DNA of 64,000 bases from an uncultured Chitinophagaceae bacterium (GTDB lineage: Bacteria > Bacteroidota > Bacteroidia > Chitinophagales > Chitinophagaceae). The translations under genes and the position numbers were made by a program. Position 1 is the stretch's first letter, and every line of letters starts with the position of its first letter. The DNA lies in the NCBI GenBank assembly GCA_963762655.1, contig CAVXLU010000005.1, forward strand, positions 2,062,760-2,126,759, read 5' to 3'. This document shows, in pieces, positions 17,589 to 26,145 of the stretch. The notes beneath the pieces were generated by a model, which saw only the letters and a list, made by a program, of their open reading frames with translations, was not told the origin of the DNA and made no database searches.

Positions 17589-18578
17589 ATGGAAGTTCCA
17601 CAAATTATCGGCGCTGACATCTCCAAAAAAACTATTGATTTTGCCTGTTCGGTGACGCAAAAGAACCTTAGGATCTCCAACGATGAGGACGGTTTTAAAG
17701 CCTTTAGCAACTGGATCACTGAGCAGGGCATCGACCCATCCCGGCTAACGGTGGTTATGGAACACACCGGCACTTACAGCTATCGCTTTGAGCAGTTTTT
17801 GCACAGCAAAAGCCTGCCCTTTGCCAAATCTTCCGCCCTGGCCATCAAGCGGTCCATGGGCCTGGTGCGCGGTAAAACCGACAAGCAGGATGCAAAAAGG
17901 ATCTGCCGCTATGGTGTTGAAAAGGCCGACCAGCTGGTGCTGGCTCAACCCGTAGCCCAGGGCCTGCAACGCCTGCAGATGCTGTATTCCATCCGGGAGA
18001 GGTTCGTACGTAACCGCGCATCCATGAAGACAGCGGTAAAGGAAATGCAGACATCATACGGGCTCAAAGACACCGATCCGGTAATCGTTATGCAACAAAA
18101 GATGATTAAAGTCTTTGATCAGCAAATTGAAAAGCTTGAAGCCCAAATTGCTGACATTATAAAGACCGACAAAAACATGGATCAGAACTACCGCCTAATC
18201 CAGACGATCAAAGGAGTGGGCAAGGTGCTGGCCTTGGCTACGATCGTCAAAACCCAAAACTTCACCCGGTTCACCGATGCCAGAAAGTTTGCCTGTTTTT
18301 GTGGCACCGCGCCGTTTGAAAACACGTCAGGCACCAGCATCAAAGGTCGGACAAGGGTCAGCCACCTGGCCGACAAAGGGATGAAAACATTACTGGATCT
18401 GGCCGCAAAATCGGCCATCCGGTATGATCCCGAACTAAAACAATATTACAGCAGAAGAACTGCAGCAGGCAAGGCAAAGATGAGTACTATTAACGTCGTT
18501 AGAAACAAACTTCTGTATCGAATCTTTGCCGTCGTAAAACGCCAGACACCCTTTGAACCACTCTTAATAGCAGCATAA
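17589..18578 (+). CDS. IS110 family transposase (DEDD recombinase)
   Basis: 329 aa with N-terminal DEDD-type motifs (IGADISKKTIDF, VVMEHTGTYS, KTDKQDAKRI) and a C-terminal Transposase_20-like region (IQTIKGVGKVLALATIV...GTAPFENTSGTS). Confidence 0.9.
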   Translation: MEVPQIIGADISKKTIDFACSVTQKNLRISNDEDGFKAFSNWITEQGIDPSRLTVVMEHTGTYSYRFEQFLHSKSLPFAKSSALAIKRSMGLVRGKTDKQDAKRICRYGVEKADQLVLAQPVAQGLQRLQMLYSIRERFVRNRASMKTAVKEMQTSYGLKDTDPVIVMQQKMIKVFDQQIEKLEAQIADIIKTDKNMDQNYRLIQTIKGVGKVLALATIVKTQNFTRFTDARKFACFCGTAPFENTSGTSIKGRTRVSHLADKGMKTLLDLAAKSAIRYDPELKQYYSRRTAAGKAKMSTINVVRNKLLYRIFAVVKRQTPFEPLLIAA

Positions 18579-18686
18579 ATATTTAATCCAACCCTAAAAA
18601 ACTAAAAAAATTTGGTCAAATTGTAACCTTAGAATACGCAAATCTGCCTTCGGCAGACGTAGAGGCGCATAAAATGAATACCTGTT

Positions 18687-18748
18687 CCTTTGCGCTTTCT
18701 TTGCGGCGGTTTGCGTGAAATAAAAACTAATCTCCGTTGCGTGAAACC
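18687..18748. repeat. CCTTTGCG / TTTGCGTGAAA motif cluster (right flank of the IS)
   Basis: CCTTTGCG lies at 18687-18694, CTTTGCGG at 18699-18706, GTTTGCGTGAAA at 18709-18720 and GTTGCGTGAAACC at 18736-18748. They are inverted relative to the left-flank copies. Confidence 0.6.
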
Positions 18749-18778
18749 TTCTTCACACATTGTAATTTTCCATTCCGC

Positions 18779-19741
18779 CTAGTCAACTTCATCATGCACG
18801 AGAGATCCCGCATGTATGCCAAGCCGGAATTGCTGTGGAGAAAGACCGGTTTTTTCCTTAAAGAATTTGGAGAAATAGTTGTCTGACTGAAAGTTTAGCT
18901 CATACGCTATTTCTTTCACCGATCTGCAGGGATTGGAAAGTAATTCTTTAGCCCTGTTGATCCTCAATTGCAACTGGTACTGGCCAGGGGCAACACCAGT
19001 TTCCGCCTTGAATAACTTCCTGAACTTACTATAGCTCATGTTCAGTTCCCTGGCTATTTCCATCGGAGTAATGTCAACTTCAATATTTGAAAGCAGCAAT
19101 GTGCGGGCTTTGTTTACTAGGTCGGCTATCTCATCTCTTTCGGCTGGTGGCGTTCGCGACACGGAGACCACATGACCCAGGATGTGCATGACCAATCCCG
19201 ACACAATTGGCTCATTGCCTAGTTTGCCATCCTTGAGATGTCTTATCACTTCAAAAAACAAATTGAGCAGCACCTCGTCATATCCCACCTCCACCACAGG
19301 GTTCTCCGGAGTGAACATTTTTTCCCTGACTACGTCTTCGATAATGTTTCCATTGAAACCTACCCACAACTCATCCCAGCCCGTATTGGTATCGGGCCGG
19401 TAACGATGTTTTTCGTTTGGAAAAAGAAATATGACCTGACCTTCGGAGATTTTCCTGGTACCACTCCGTTCAGATTCAAAAAGGCCGCCTCCCCTGGTGA
19501 TATAAATTATCTGGTATTCATATAATATCCTTCCACTGTTCCAGTCAAAATTATACCCTGTCGGATGAACGGGGCTAGGATATTTTGTGAAAGGCTGGGG
19601 ACTTGAACATCCGGCGTTGATCACCTGCAAACCCCAGGGCGTTCCATCTTTTCGCGCACTAAAATATTTTGTATACGTATTCATACCAGGAAAATTTGAA
19701 AGAGGTAAACGATCATTTTCAATGGTGCTGAAATCTACCAT
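18779..19741 (-). CDS. AraC family transcriptional regulator (cupin-like sensor + HTH)
   Basis: 320 aa. The C-terminal dual HTH (MEIARELNMSYSKFRKLFK...VKEIAYELNFQSDNYFSKFFKEKTGLSPQQFR) is typical of AraC/XylS. Confidence 0.85.
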   Translation of the reverse strand: MVDFSTIENDRLPLSNFPGMNTYTKYFSARKDGTPWGLQVINAGCSSPQPFTKYPSPVHPTGYNFDWNSGRILYEYQIIYITRGGGLFESERSGTRKISEGQVIFLFPNEKHRYRPDTNTGWDELWVGFNGNIIEDVVREKMFTPENPVVEVGYDEVLLNLFFEVIRHLKDGKLGNEPIVSGLVMHILGHVVSVSRTPPAERDEIADLVNKARTLLLSNIEVDITPMEIARELNMSYSKFRKLFKAETGVAPGQYQLQLRINRAKELLSNPCRSVKEIAYELNFQSDNYFSKFFKEKTGLSPQQFRLGIHAGSLVHDEVD

Positions 19742-19956
19742 AAAATAAAAACAAATTCTCTTTTACCCGAAAAGAAAGTTGCTAGCTACAATTCCAGGCG
19801 GTTATTTTCTTTCCCTGATCAAGTATTACAGCAAAAATGTCAATTTCTCCAGTTAAATCATCCTATAGTAAAACGCAATACCTATTTCGTTTATCTGCGT
19901 GACGTTTTAATTTACAAACAGATAGGTGTCAAAGGAAAGCAAATTCCACGCCGGGC

Positions 19957-19990
19957 AAAAAAAATTCTGCCCGAAATGCCTGGGCAGAAT
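19957..19990 (-). terminator. intrinsic terminator of the 92-aa gene
   Basis: A 9-bp perfect stem, ATTCTGCCC/GGGCAGAAT (19964-19972 / 19982-19990). On the minus strand it is followed by T8 (plus-strand A run at 19957-19964). Confidence 0.7.
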
Positions 19991-20009
19991 GTAACCGATG
20001 GTGGTGATC

Positions 20010-20288
20010 TTAATTTACACTTTCAACCACTTCATCTAATTTATTATCCTTTACAAATTTGTTCCTTGATTCAGAGAAAGCATCATGCAAATCCGTAGTT
20101 TTTTTCAGGGCATCATCCAGCAATTGAAATATTTCAGGCAGTCCCTTTTCGAGGGTTTTGTCGGAAAGATTGATATTGTCCGTTTCCAGCTGGCCAAGTT
20201 TCTTGACCAGTGAGGTTTCAGAATTCTTCAAATCATCAAGTTCCCGGAGCAGTTTATCAAGAACCTGGAGTTTTTCGCGTTTATCCAT
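20010..20288 (-). CDS. hypothetical coiled-coil protein
   Basis: 92 aa, heptad-like and acidic (MDKREKLQVLDKLLRELDDLKNSETSLVKKLGQLE...). It has its own downstream terminator. No family recognised. Confidence 0.5.
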   Translation of the reverse strand: MDKREKLQVLDKLLRELDDLKNSETSLVKKLGQLETDNINLSDKTLEKGLPEIFQLLDDALKKTTDLHDAFSESRNKFVKDNKLDEVVESVN

Positions 20289-20521
20289 AACTTATTTTTG
20301 ATGTTAACGGTGCGAATATTGTGCCACCACCCTCACTTCTTCTCAAATTTTAACATACACGGGCCCTGAGGCCCATATTTGCTGTTTTTTACTTGTACTG
20401 ACCTGAATGGGTGCCGCAGAAACAACTTTAACACTATGATTCGTTCAATATTTACCCCCTTGCTGGTCCTTGCGCAAGTACCGCGGTTCCATATATTATT
20501 AATTTTCGTCTCCAATTTGAA

Positions 20522-20529
20522 TAATTTTG
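20522..20529 (+). promoter_or_regulatory. candidate -7 promoter element TAATTTTG only 4 nt from the start codon
   Basis: Exact TAnnTTTG match. The ATG of the dehydrogenase gene is at 20534. Confidence 0.35.
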
Positions 20530-20533
20530 TCAC

Positions 20534-21523
20534 ATGCAAGAAAAGCGTGTTTTTATTACCAGGCCAATCCCGGATCTTGGTTTGAAACTATTGAAGGAAG
20601 CGGGGATTATCTTTACCCAATGGACAGAAAAAAGAGAATTGACACCGGAGGAACTGATTGCGCACTGCAAGGACGCAGAAGCCCTGATGAGCGTGGGGCC
20701 GAATAAGATAAACAATCAATTTTTAGAAGCCAGCAGTCATTTGAAAGTCGTTTCACTGCATGCAGTTGGATTCGACAATGTGGAAGTGGATGCAGCGACC
20801 CGGCTGGGCATTCCCATTGGCAATACACCAGGCGTACTAAGCGGGGCCACAGCAGACACCAGTTTTCTACTCATGCTGGCAGTTTCGCGAAAGGCATTTT
20901 TTCACCATAAGAGAATTGCGCGTGGCGAATGGAAATTCTTCGAGCCAAAGGCCAACCTGGGTGTAGAACTCCAGGGCAGGACCCTTGGCATTTATGGACT
21001 CGGGAAAATCGGCACCGAAATGGCGAAGCGTTGTGTTGGCGCTTATGGGATGAAGGTGATTTATCACAACAGGCATCGCAATGAAGGTGGAGAAAAAGAA
21101 ACCGGTGCTTCTTATGTGTCCTTCGAGGAATTGCTGCAATTAAGTGATGTGCTTTCGGTACATACTGCCCTAACGCCGGAAACCAGGGGCGTATTTAACC
21201 TTGAACGTTTTCGAAAGATGAAGCCAGGCGCTATTTTTATCAATGCGGCAAGGGGCTCAATTCACAATGAGTCAGATCTCAAACAGGCGTTGGACCAGGG
21301 AATGATCTGGGGTGCGGGTTTGGACGTTACCCACCCTGAGCCAATGGACAAAAACAATCCTTTACTTGACATGCCCAATGTGGCTGTGCTTCCGCATATC
21401 GGATCTGCAACACAGGAAACGCGGGACGCCATGTCACGCCTTGCCGTCGAAAATATAATTGCAGCGTTAAAGGGTGATAGAATTCCCTACGTGGTCAACC
21501 CTGAAGTATACAAAGGAAAATAA
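20534..21523 (+). CDS. D-2-hydroxyacid dehydrogenase family (glyoxylate/hydroxypyruvate reductase-like)
   Basis: 329 aa with the NAD-binding motif GIYGLGKIGTEMAKR and the catalytic R/E/H region (NAARGSIHNE...PHIGSAT). Confidence 0.9.
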   Translation: MQEKRVFITRPIPDLGLKLLKEAGIIFTQWTEKRELTPEELIAHCKDAEALMSVGPNKINNQFLEASSHLKVVSLHAVGFDNVEVDAATRLGIPIGNTPGVLSGATADTSFLLMLAVSRKAFFHHKRIARGEWKFFEPKANLGVELQGRTLGIYGLGKIGTEMAKRCVGAYGMKVIYHNRHRNEGGEKETGASYVSFEELLQLSDVLSVHTALTPETRGVFNLERFRKMKPGAIFINAARGSIHNESDLKQALDQGMIWGAGLDVTHPEPMDKNNPLLDMPNVAVLPHIGSATQETRDAMSRLAVENIIAALKGDRIPYVVNPEVYKGK

Positions 21524-21530
21524 TTTCTGG

Positions 21531-22628
21531 TCAGATCTTTACGGATTGTCCGCCCGCTGCCGACTTGTAAATCGCCTCCACAATTCTAATGTCGCGTAAG
21601 CCTTCTTCACCGGGAACAAGCACCTGGAGATTTTTGCGTATGGCCATTGCGTCGTCATCCATCTGTTTGGCCTGTTGCCAGGGCACTTCATAGGGATGAT
21701 CGATCACTCCCGTTGGCGTAGTGCCTCTAACTCCGGCATACGCCGAATAAGGCGACATGCTGATCTCCCCTTTTTCAAGCAATACCCTAAGGTAGTTTAC
21801 ATTCTCACCGAAACTGCTTTTTATGTCGGCCATGATTCCATTTGGAAATTCAAGAGTGGCGACGGCGGTTTCATCGAGACCGTTTTTGTAGATCTCCGGC
21901 CTTGTGGTTGAAGTCACCGCCCTGACCACCTGTATTGGTTCCATGCCTGTGCCCATTCTGGCACCCTGGATGGCATACACCCCCATGTCGTACATCACGC
22001 CTCCGCCCATTTCTTTTTTCTGTTTCCAGTGATCGGTTCTGGACTCAAAATAGCCTGCTGCGCAACTCACTTTCTTCACCTTGCCGAGCGTTTGCCGGTA
22101 GATAATGGTGCGGTATTCCTGGGTATTTGGCTCGTGTTGCAGACGGTAACCAATCGACAGTTTTTTCTTGTTTTTGGTGCAGGCGGCGATCATCTCTTCA
22201 CATTCTGCGGCTGTGATGGCCATGGGCTTCTCGCACCAAACATGTTTGCCCGCATTGGCGGCCCTGATCACGTATTCCTTGTGCATAGACGGGGGCAGCA
22301 CCACATAAACAACGTCAATATCGGGGTTGTTGGCAATGCTGTCGAAATTCTGGTAGTTATAAATATTCTTTTCCGGAATATTATATTTCTTTTTCCAGGT
22401 TTCGGCCTTGGATGGAGTACCTGTTACAATGCCGGCGAGGTAACAATTTTTTGTCTGCTGAAGTGCGGGCGCCAGCAGGTCGGTACTGTAATACCCAAGC
22501 CCTACAAGAGCCACACCGATCCTTGATTTTTTCCAGTCGGCCGACAAAAGTCTCGAAGGACCCAGCATCAACGCACTGCCTCCAAGAGCAAAATTTTTTA
22601 TCGCGGATCGTCTCGACAGATTTGACAT
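21531..22628 (-). CDS. Gfo/Idh/MocA family oxidoreductase with Tat signal
   Basis: ORF 21531..22655. The start at 22628 gives MSNLSRRSAIKNFALGGSALMLG (twin-arginine), followed by the Rossmann segment IGVALVGLGYYS and an EKP motif (CEKPMA). Confidence 0.9.
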   Translation of the reverse strand: MSNLSRRSAIKNFALGGSALMLGPSRLLSADWKKSRIGVALVGLGYYSTDLLAPALQQTKNCYLAGIVTGTPSKAETWKKKYNIPEKNIYNYQNFDSIANNPDIDVVYVVLPPSMHKEYVIRAANAGKHVWCEKPMAITAAECEEMIAACTKNKKKLSIGYRLQHEPNTQEYRTIIYRQTLGKVKKVSCAAGYFESRTDHWKQKKEMGGGVMYDMGVYAIQGARMGTGMEPIQVVRAVTSTTRPEIYKNGLDETAVATLEFPNGIMADIKSSFGENVNYLRVLLEKGEISMSPYSAYAGVRGTTPTGVIDHPYEVPWQQAKQMDDDAMAIRKNLQVLVPGEEGLRDIRIVEAIYKSAAGGQSVKI

Positions 22629-22722
22629 AGCTTCGATTTTTGTGAATTTACACATTCGTCCTTGATTTACCTGATAAGGGCTCAGGTTTGAGATAGGTTC
22701 CCGCTTGCCGGTTCAAATCTTT

Positions 22723-22730
22723 TACATTTG
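22723..22730 (+). promoter_or_regulatory. candidate -7 promoter element TACATTTG
   Basis: Exact TAnnTTTG match 21 nt upstream of the ATG at 22751. Confidence 0.3.
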
Positions 22731-22750
22731 TTCTCCGGTAATACGAACAG

Positions 22751-24607
22751 ATGCACAGAAGAAAATTCTTTAAGTCCACCCTGATCGCGGGTTCAGTTTT
22801 CATTGACCTGCCCCTCCTGCTTCGTGCGGGCAATATCGAGTCTCTGGCCTTTCAATCCGATTTTCTTTCTGTGATTCCTGATCCGGATAAACCCGGGTTC
22901 AGCACTTTCCTCGTCGATTCGCTGGGCAAAAAAGTGTTCGGAGAAAACCCGGTGCTTCCGGGAAAACCTGAACGGAAAATCACGTCAAAAACATCCAGGA
23001 ATACCGCGAAATATTTTGGCGAAGACGGTTCGTCGCTCTGGGACGTTAAATTTGAAGATAAAAAAATATGGCTGTCGGGGTCAGCCTCTGATACAACGGC
23101 GCTTCCATTCGAGCTGCTGATCAACCAGGAGATCAATCATGCCACAATTTTGGGTTACTGTCCTGAGAAAAATAAAATCAACCTACCCTGCCTGCTGCAC
23201 TTGCCGGACAGGGGAACCTTCAAAGTGAGTGCCGACGTTCCCGGAACCATGCTTTTTTTTGATGGGCAGCGCCGCGTCGACCCGCACCAGGTAAGCATAA
23301 ATTTTCTTCCACCACAAGTCGCGGGAACTACCGTGAACTATTTGCTCGAAGTAGTAACTCTGTACCCTGAACCCGACCTGCCGGAAAAAGACTTCGACCT
23401 CGACGGCTATAGGCGTGGATTTATCAATATTTTCCAGATGAATCCCAGGAGAAAAATGTTGGCCAATAATTCATCTTCCGATCCTTGCGCCTTCACCCTT
23501 TATTTTTATGCAGAAGCCGCACGATATACGCCCCCACTTTGCGAAAACCTCAGGGCCATGGACCTGGTAAGGATTTCACTTGATCAATACCTGGCGGGGC
23601 AGCTGGCTTATGGAATGGTGGGCTACAAGGATAATGCGGAGATCACCAACGCTGCTTCCTGGAACTCTCCTTACAATTCACTTGACGCTTACCCGTCATT
23701 ACTCATTTCCGCCTGTTACTATGTACTTGAAACAAAGGATATGGATTGGGCCCGGAAAAATTTCGCCGGGCTGTTGAAATGGGCCAATATCATTGCCAGT
23801 CGCGAGTTTAAAGACAGTGGATTGATCGCCCATGAAGAATCGGGCAATGCCGGATCCTGGAAAGGCACCGACGAACAGCGTCCTTCCAACTGGTGGGATA
23901 CGGTGGGCTTTGGTCACCAGGATGCTTACGCGAATGCACTGGCCTTTCGAGCTTATGTATTGTTTGAAAGAGTAGCGGCTTTGTTGAAACAGGCGGGCCC
24001 CCAGATCAGTTTTGCCGAAAAGGCAGCAAGGCTGAAGGCGGCTTATTATTCAACCTTCCTTAATTCGGAGAGTGGTCTGCTGGCAGGATGGAAAAGCGCA
24101 GATGGGAAACTACACGACTACCAGTTTACCTTCATCCAGGGCGTGGCCATTTGCTATGGACTGGTGAACGGCGAGAAAGCCGTCGCCATTCTTCGCTCTC
24201 TGCTGGATAAGATGAGGAACGCTGGTTTCACAGATCTCGGCCTGGGTTTACCAGGCAACCTTATTCCTGTTCGCAAGGAAGACTATACCCATCTCGTCCA
24301 CAGGTGGGGCGGCCCATCCCTGGAAGACGGGAGTGATGGATTTCAGATCTATGAGAATGGCGGGGCCACCTCCTGTTACGTGTATTTTACTTTACGTGCG
24401 CTGCAGCAATCTGGAATGAAGCAGGAAGCCATGACTATCATGAAGCCGCTGATGAAATCGCTAAGCAATGGTGCATTCCAGGGAAAATGCGAAAATGGCA
24501 TGAGTCGCGACTGGAAAGACTGGAATGGAGTATGCTGGGGATATGAAGGTTTTCTTGTCGACAATTACCTCACCTTTGTGGCCGCAGTCAAAGAAAAATA
24601 TATATAA
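22751..24607 (+). CDS. hypothetical exported protein, possibly an (alpha/alpha)6-barrel glycosidase-like fold
   Basis: 618 aa with the Tat-like N-terminus MHRRKFFKSTLIAGSVFI. The C-terminal half has a helical repeat pattern (DAYPSLLISACYY..., WWDTVGFGHQDAYANALAFRAY...) reminiscent of six-hairpin glycosidases. No family could be assigned by eye. Confidence 0.4.
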   Translation: MHRRKFFKSTLIAGSVFIDLPLLLRAGNIESLAFQSDFLSVIPDPDKPGFSTFLVDSLGKKVFGENPVLPGKPERKITSKTSRNTAKYFGEDGSSLWDVKFEDKKIWLSGSASDTTALPFELLINQEINHATILGYCPEKNKINLPCLLHLPDRGTFKVSADVPGTMLFFDGQRRVDPHQVSINFLPPQVAGTTVNYLLEVVTLYPEPDLPEKDFDLDGYRRGFINIFQMNPRRKMLANNSSSDPCAFTLYFYAEAARYTPPLCENLRAMDLVRISLDQYLAGQLAYGMVGYKDNAEITNAASWNSPYNSLDAYPSLLISACYYVLETKDMDWARKNFAGLLKWANIIASREFKDSGLIAHEESGNAGSWKGTDEQRPSNWWDTVGFGHQDAYANALAFRAYVLFERVAALLKQAGPQISFAEKAARLKAAYYSTFLNSESGLLAGWKSADGKLHDYQFTFIQGVAICYGLVNGEKAVAILRSLLDKMRNAGFTDLGLGLPGNLIPVRKEDYTHLVHRWGGPSLEDGSDGFQIYENGGATSCYVYFTLRALQQSGMKQEAMTIMKPLMKSLSNGAFQGKCENGMSRDWKDWNGVCWGYEGFLVDNYLTFVAAVKEKYI

Positions 24608-24629
24608 ACTCACGTGTAAAAAAAAAATA

Positions 24630-25035
24630 TTGGAAAAGAAAGAGATCATACATCCCGAGCGGGCCGACAAAAATTTTTCAACAGGAGCCTTTTCCGCAGG
24701 CGTACTCATCGATGGATGGGTATATGTCAGTGGGCAGGCAGCGGTTGATTTTAAAACGGGAACATTTAAACTCGGTTCGATAAAGGACGAAACCAAACTG
24801 ACCATGCACAATATCGGCTGCATCCTGCGCGAAGCCGGATGTGATTTTGATGATGTGCGTCAAATGCACGGTCCACCTTGCGGATATAAAAGACTTTGAC
24901 GTATACAATAAGATCTACGCCTCTTATTTTACAGGCGTCAAGCCGGCCCGCACAACTGTACAGTCCGTCATGGCAAACAATATCAAGATCGAGATCGACG
25001 CCATCGCGAGGGTTAAAACAAAAACCAGGCAATGA
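24630..25035 (+). pseudogene. ridA: RidA (YjgF/Rid) family protein interrupted by a +1 frameshift
   Basis: Frame A gives (M)EKKEIIHPERADKNFSTGAFSAGVLIDGWVYVSGQ...REAGCDFDDV up to ~24857. Frame B from 24859 gives VKCTVHLADIKDFDVYNKIYASYFTGVKPARTTVQ...IEIDAIA. Together they form a full-length RidA if one base (C at 24858) is removed. Confidence 0.8.
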
Positions 25036-26144
25036 AGGGAGTTTCACCATGGTGGAAAATAAAAGGTGAGGAGCTTATCGACAGCCCTTCTCTTGCCGTT
25101 TATCCCGACAGGGTGGAGCAGAATATCGTCAATGCATTGAAGATTCAGCCCGGCAGGAATCTGTTCCGCCCCCACGTGAAGACCAGCAAAATGCCAGGTG
25201 TTCAGCTCCTGTTGATGAAACATGGCGTACGGAAATTCAAATGCAGTACAATTGCTGAAGCAGAAATGCTGGGTGAAATAAATGCCCCCGATGTTTTGCT
25301 TGCCTATCAGCCCTCAGGTCCGAAAATTCACCGGTTCCTGAAACTAACCAGGGCCTGTCCTGAAACTGAATTTTCCTGTTTGATTGATAATGCCTCAACG
25401 GCCTCGATCATTTCTTCTGAATTCCGGAAGAGCGGGTCAACAGCAAATATCTATTTAGACGTAAACAATGGAATGAACAGGACGGGCGCTGCCGTGAAGG
25501 ATATCGTTCAGCTTTTTCATACCATTCGCAACCAAAAAGGATTACGCGTCCGGGGCCTGCACATTTATGATGGTCATATAACAGATAGCGGCATCCGAGA
25601 ACGAATCAGAAGGGTCCGGGCCGATTTTGCCGAGGTGGACGCCGTCTTCGAAGCCCTTAATGATCAGGGTAGGGGAGACCTGGTAATGATTGCCGGTGGC
25701 ACACCCAGTTTTCCCGTGCACGCTAAAAGAAGCAATGTGGAATGCAGTCCTGGTACCTTTGTATTCTGGGATGAAGGCTATGGTCACCTCTATCCTGAAA
25801 TGCCGTATGTGCCCGCAGCCCTGGTGCTGACCCGTGTGGTGTCGGTGATTTCAAAAGATCTGCTCTGCCTGGATCTCGGCTATAAATCGGTGGCTTCAGA
25901 AAAGCCCATGCCCAGGGTAAAATTTCTCAACGAACCGAAGGCAGTGCCACTTCACCAAAGCGAAGAACACCTGGTCGTAAAGATCAAGGACGCCAATCGT
26001 TTTTCCCCGGGCGACCTCTGGTATGGTGTGCCCACGCATATCTGTCCAACGGTGGCGCTTTACGACCAGGCATTACTCATCAGCAAAGGCCAACTTTCGG
26101 GCGAATGGCCGGTAACAGCAAGAAAACGTAAAATTTCAATCTGA
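25032..26144 (+). CDS. D-TA family PLP-dependent enzyme (D-threonine aldolase / D-serine dehydratase-like, alanine-racemase-N fold)
   Basis: 370 aa with PLP lysine context RPHVKTSKM and a C-terminal D-serine-dehydratase-like domain. The start overlaps the ridA stop (ATGA). Confidence 0.75.
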   Translation: MKGVSPWWKIKGEELIDSPSLAVYPDRVEQNIVNALKIQPGRNLFRPHVKTSKMPGVQLLLMKHGVRKFKCSTIAEAEMLGEINAPDVLLAYQPSGPKIHRFLKLTRACPETEFSCLIDNASTASIISSEFRKSGSTANIYLDVNNGMNRTGAAVKDIVQLFHTIRNQKGLRVRGLHIYDGHITDSGIRERIRRVRADFAEVDAVFEALNDQGRGDLVMIAGGTPSFPVHAKRSNVECSPGTFVFWDEGYGHLYPEMPYVPAALVLTRVVSVISKDLLCLDLGYKSVASEKPMPRVKFLNEPKAVPLHQSEEHLVVKIKDANRFSPGDLWYGVPTHICPTVALYDQALLISKGQLSGEWPVTARKRKISI

Positions 26145-26145
26145 G

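Larger units (their letters stand above)
17464..18642 (+). mobile_element. IS110-family insertion sequence (boundaries estimated from a 9-bp inverted repeat)
   Basis: TTTGCGTAT (17464-17472) and ATACGCAAA (18634-18642) bracket the transposase gene, giving 1179 bp. Each abuts a hairpin: ATAGAC-TCGCG-GTCTAT (17447-17463) and TCTGCC-TTCG-GGCAGA (18643-18657). IS110 elements often lack clear IRs, so these ends are provisional. Confidence 0.6.

Noticed and set aside
24850-24865. Programmed ribosomal frameshifting as the explanation for the ridA, NAD(P)H-binding and ald frame breaks.
   Set aside because: None of the three sites has a slippery heptamer, a stimulatory SD-like element or a downstream structure. 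These protein families are not known to use recoding.
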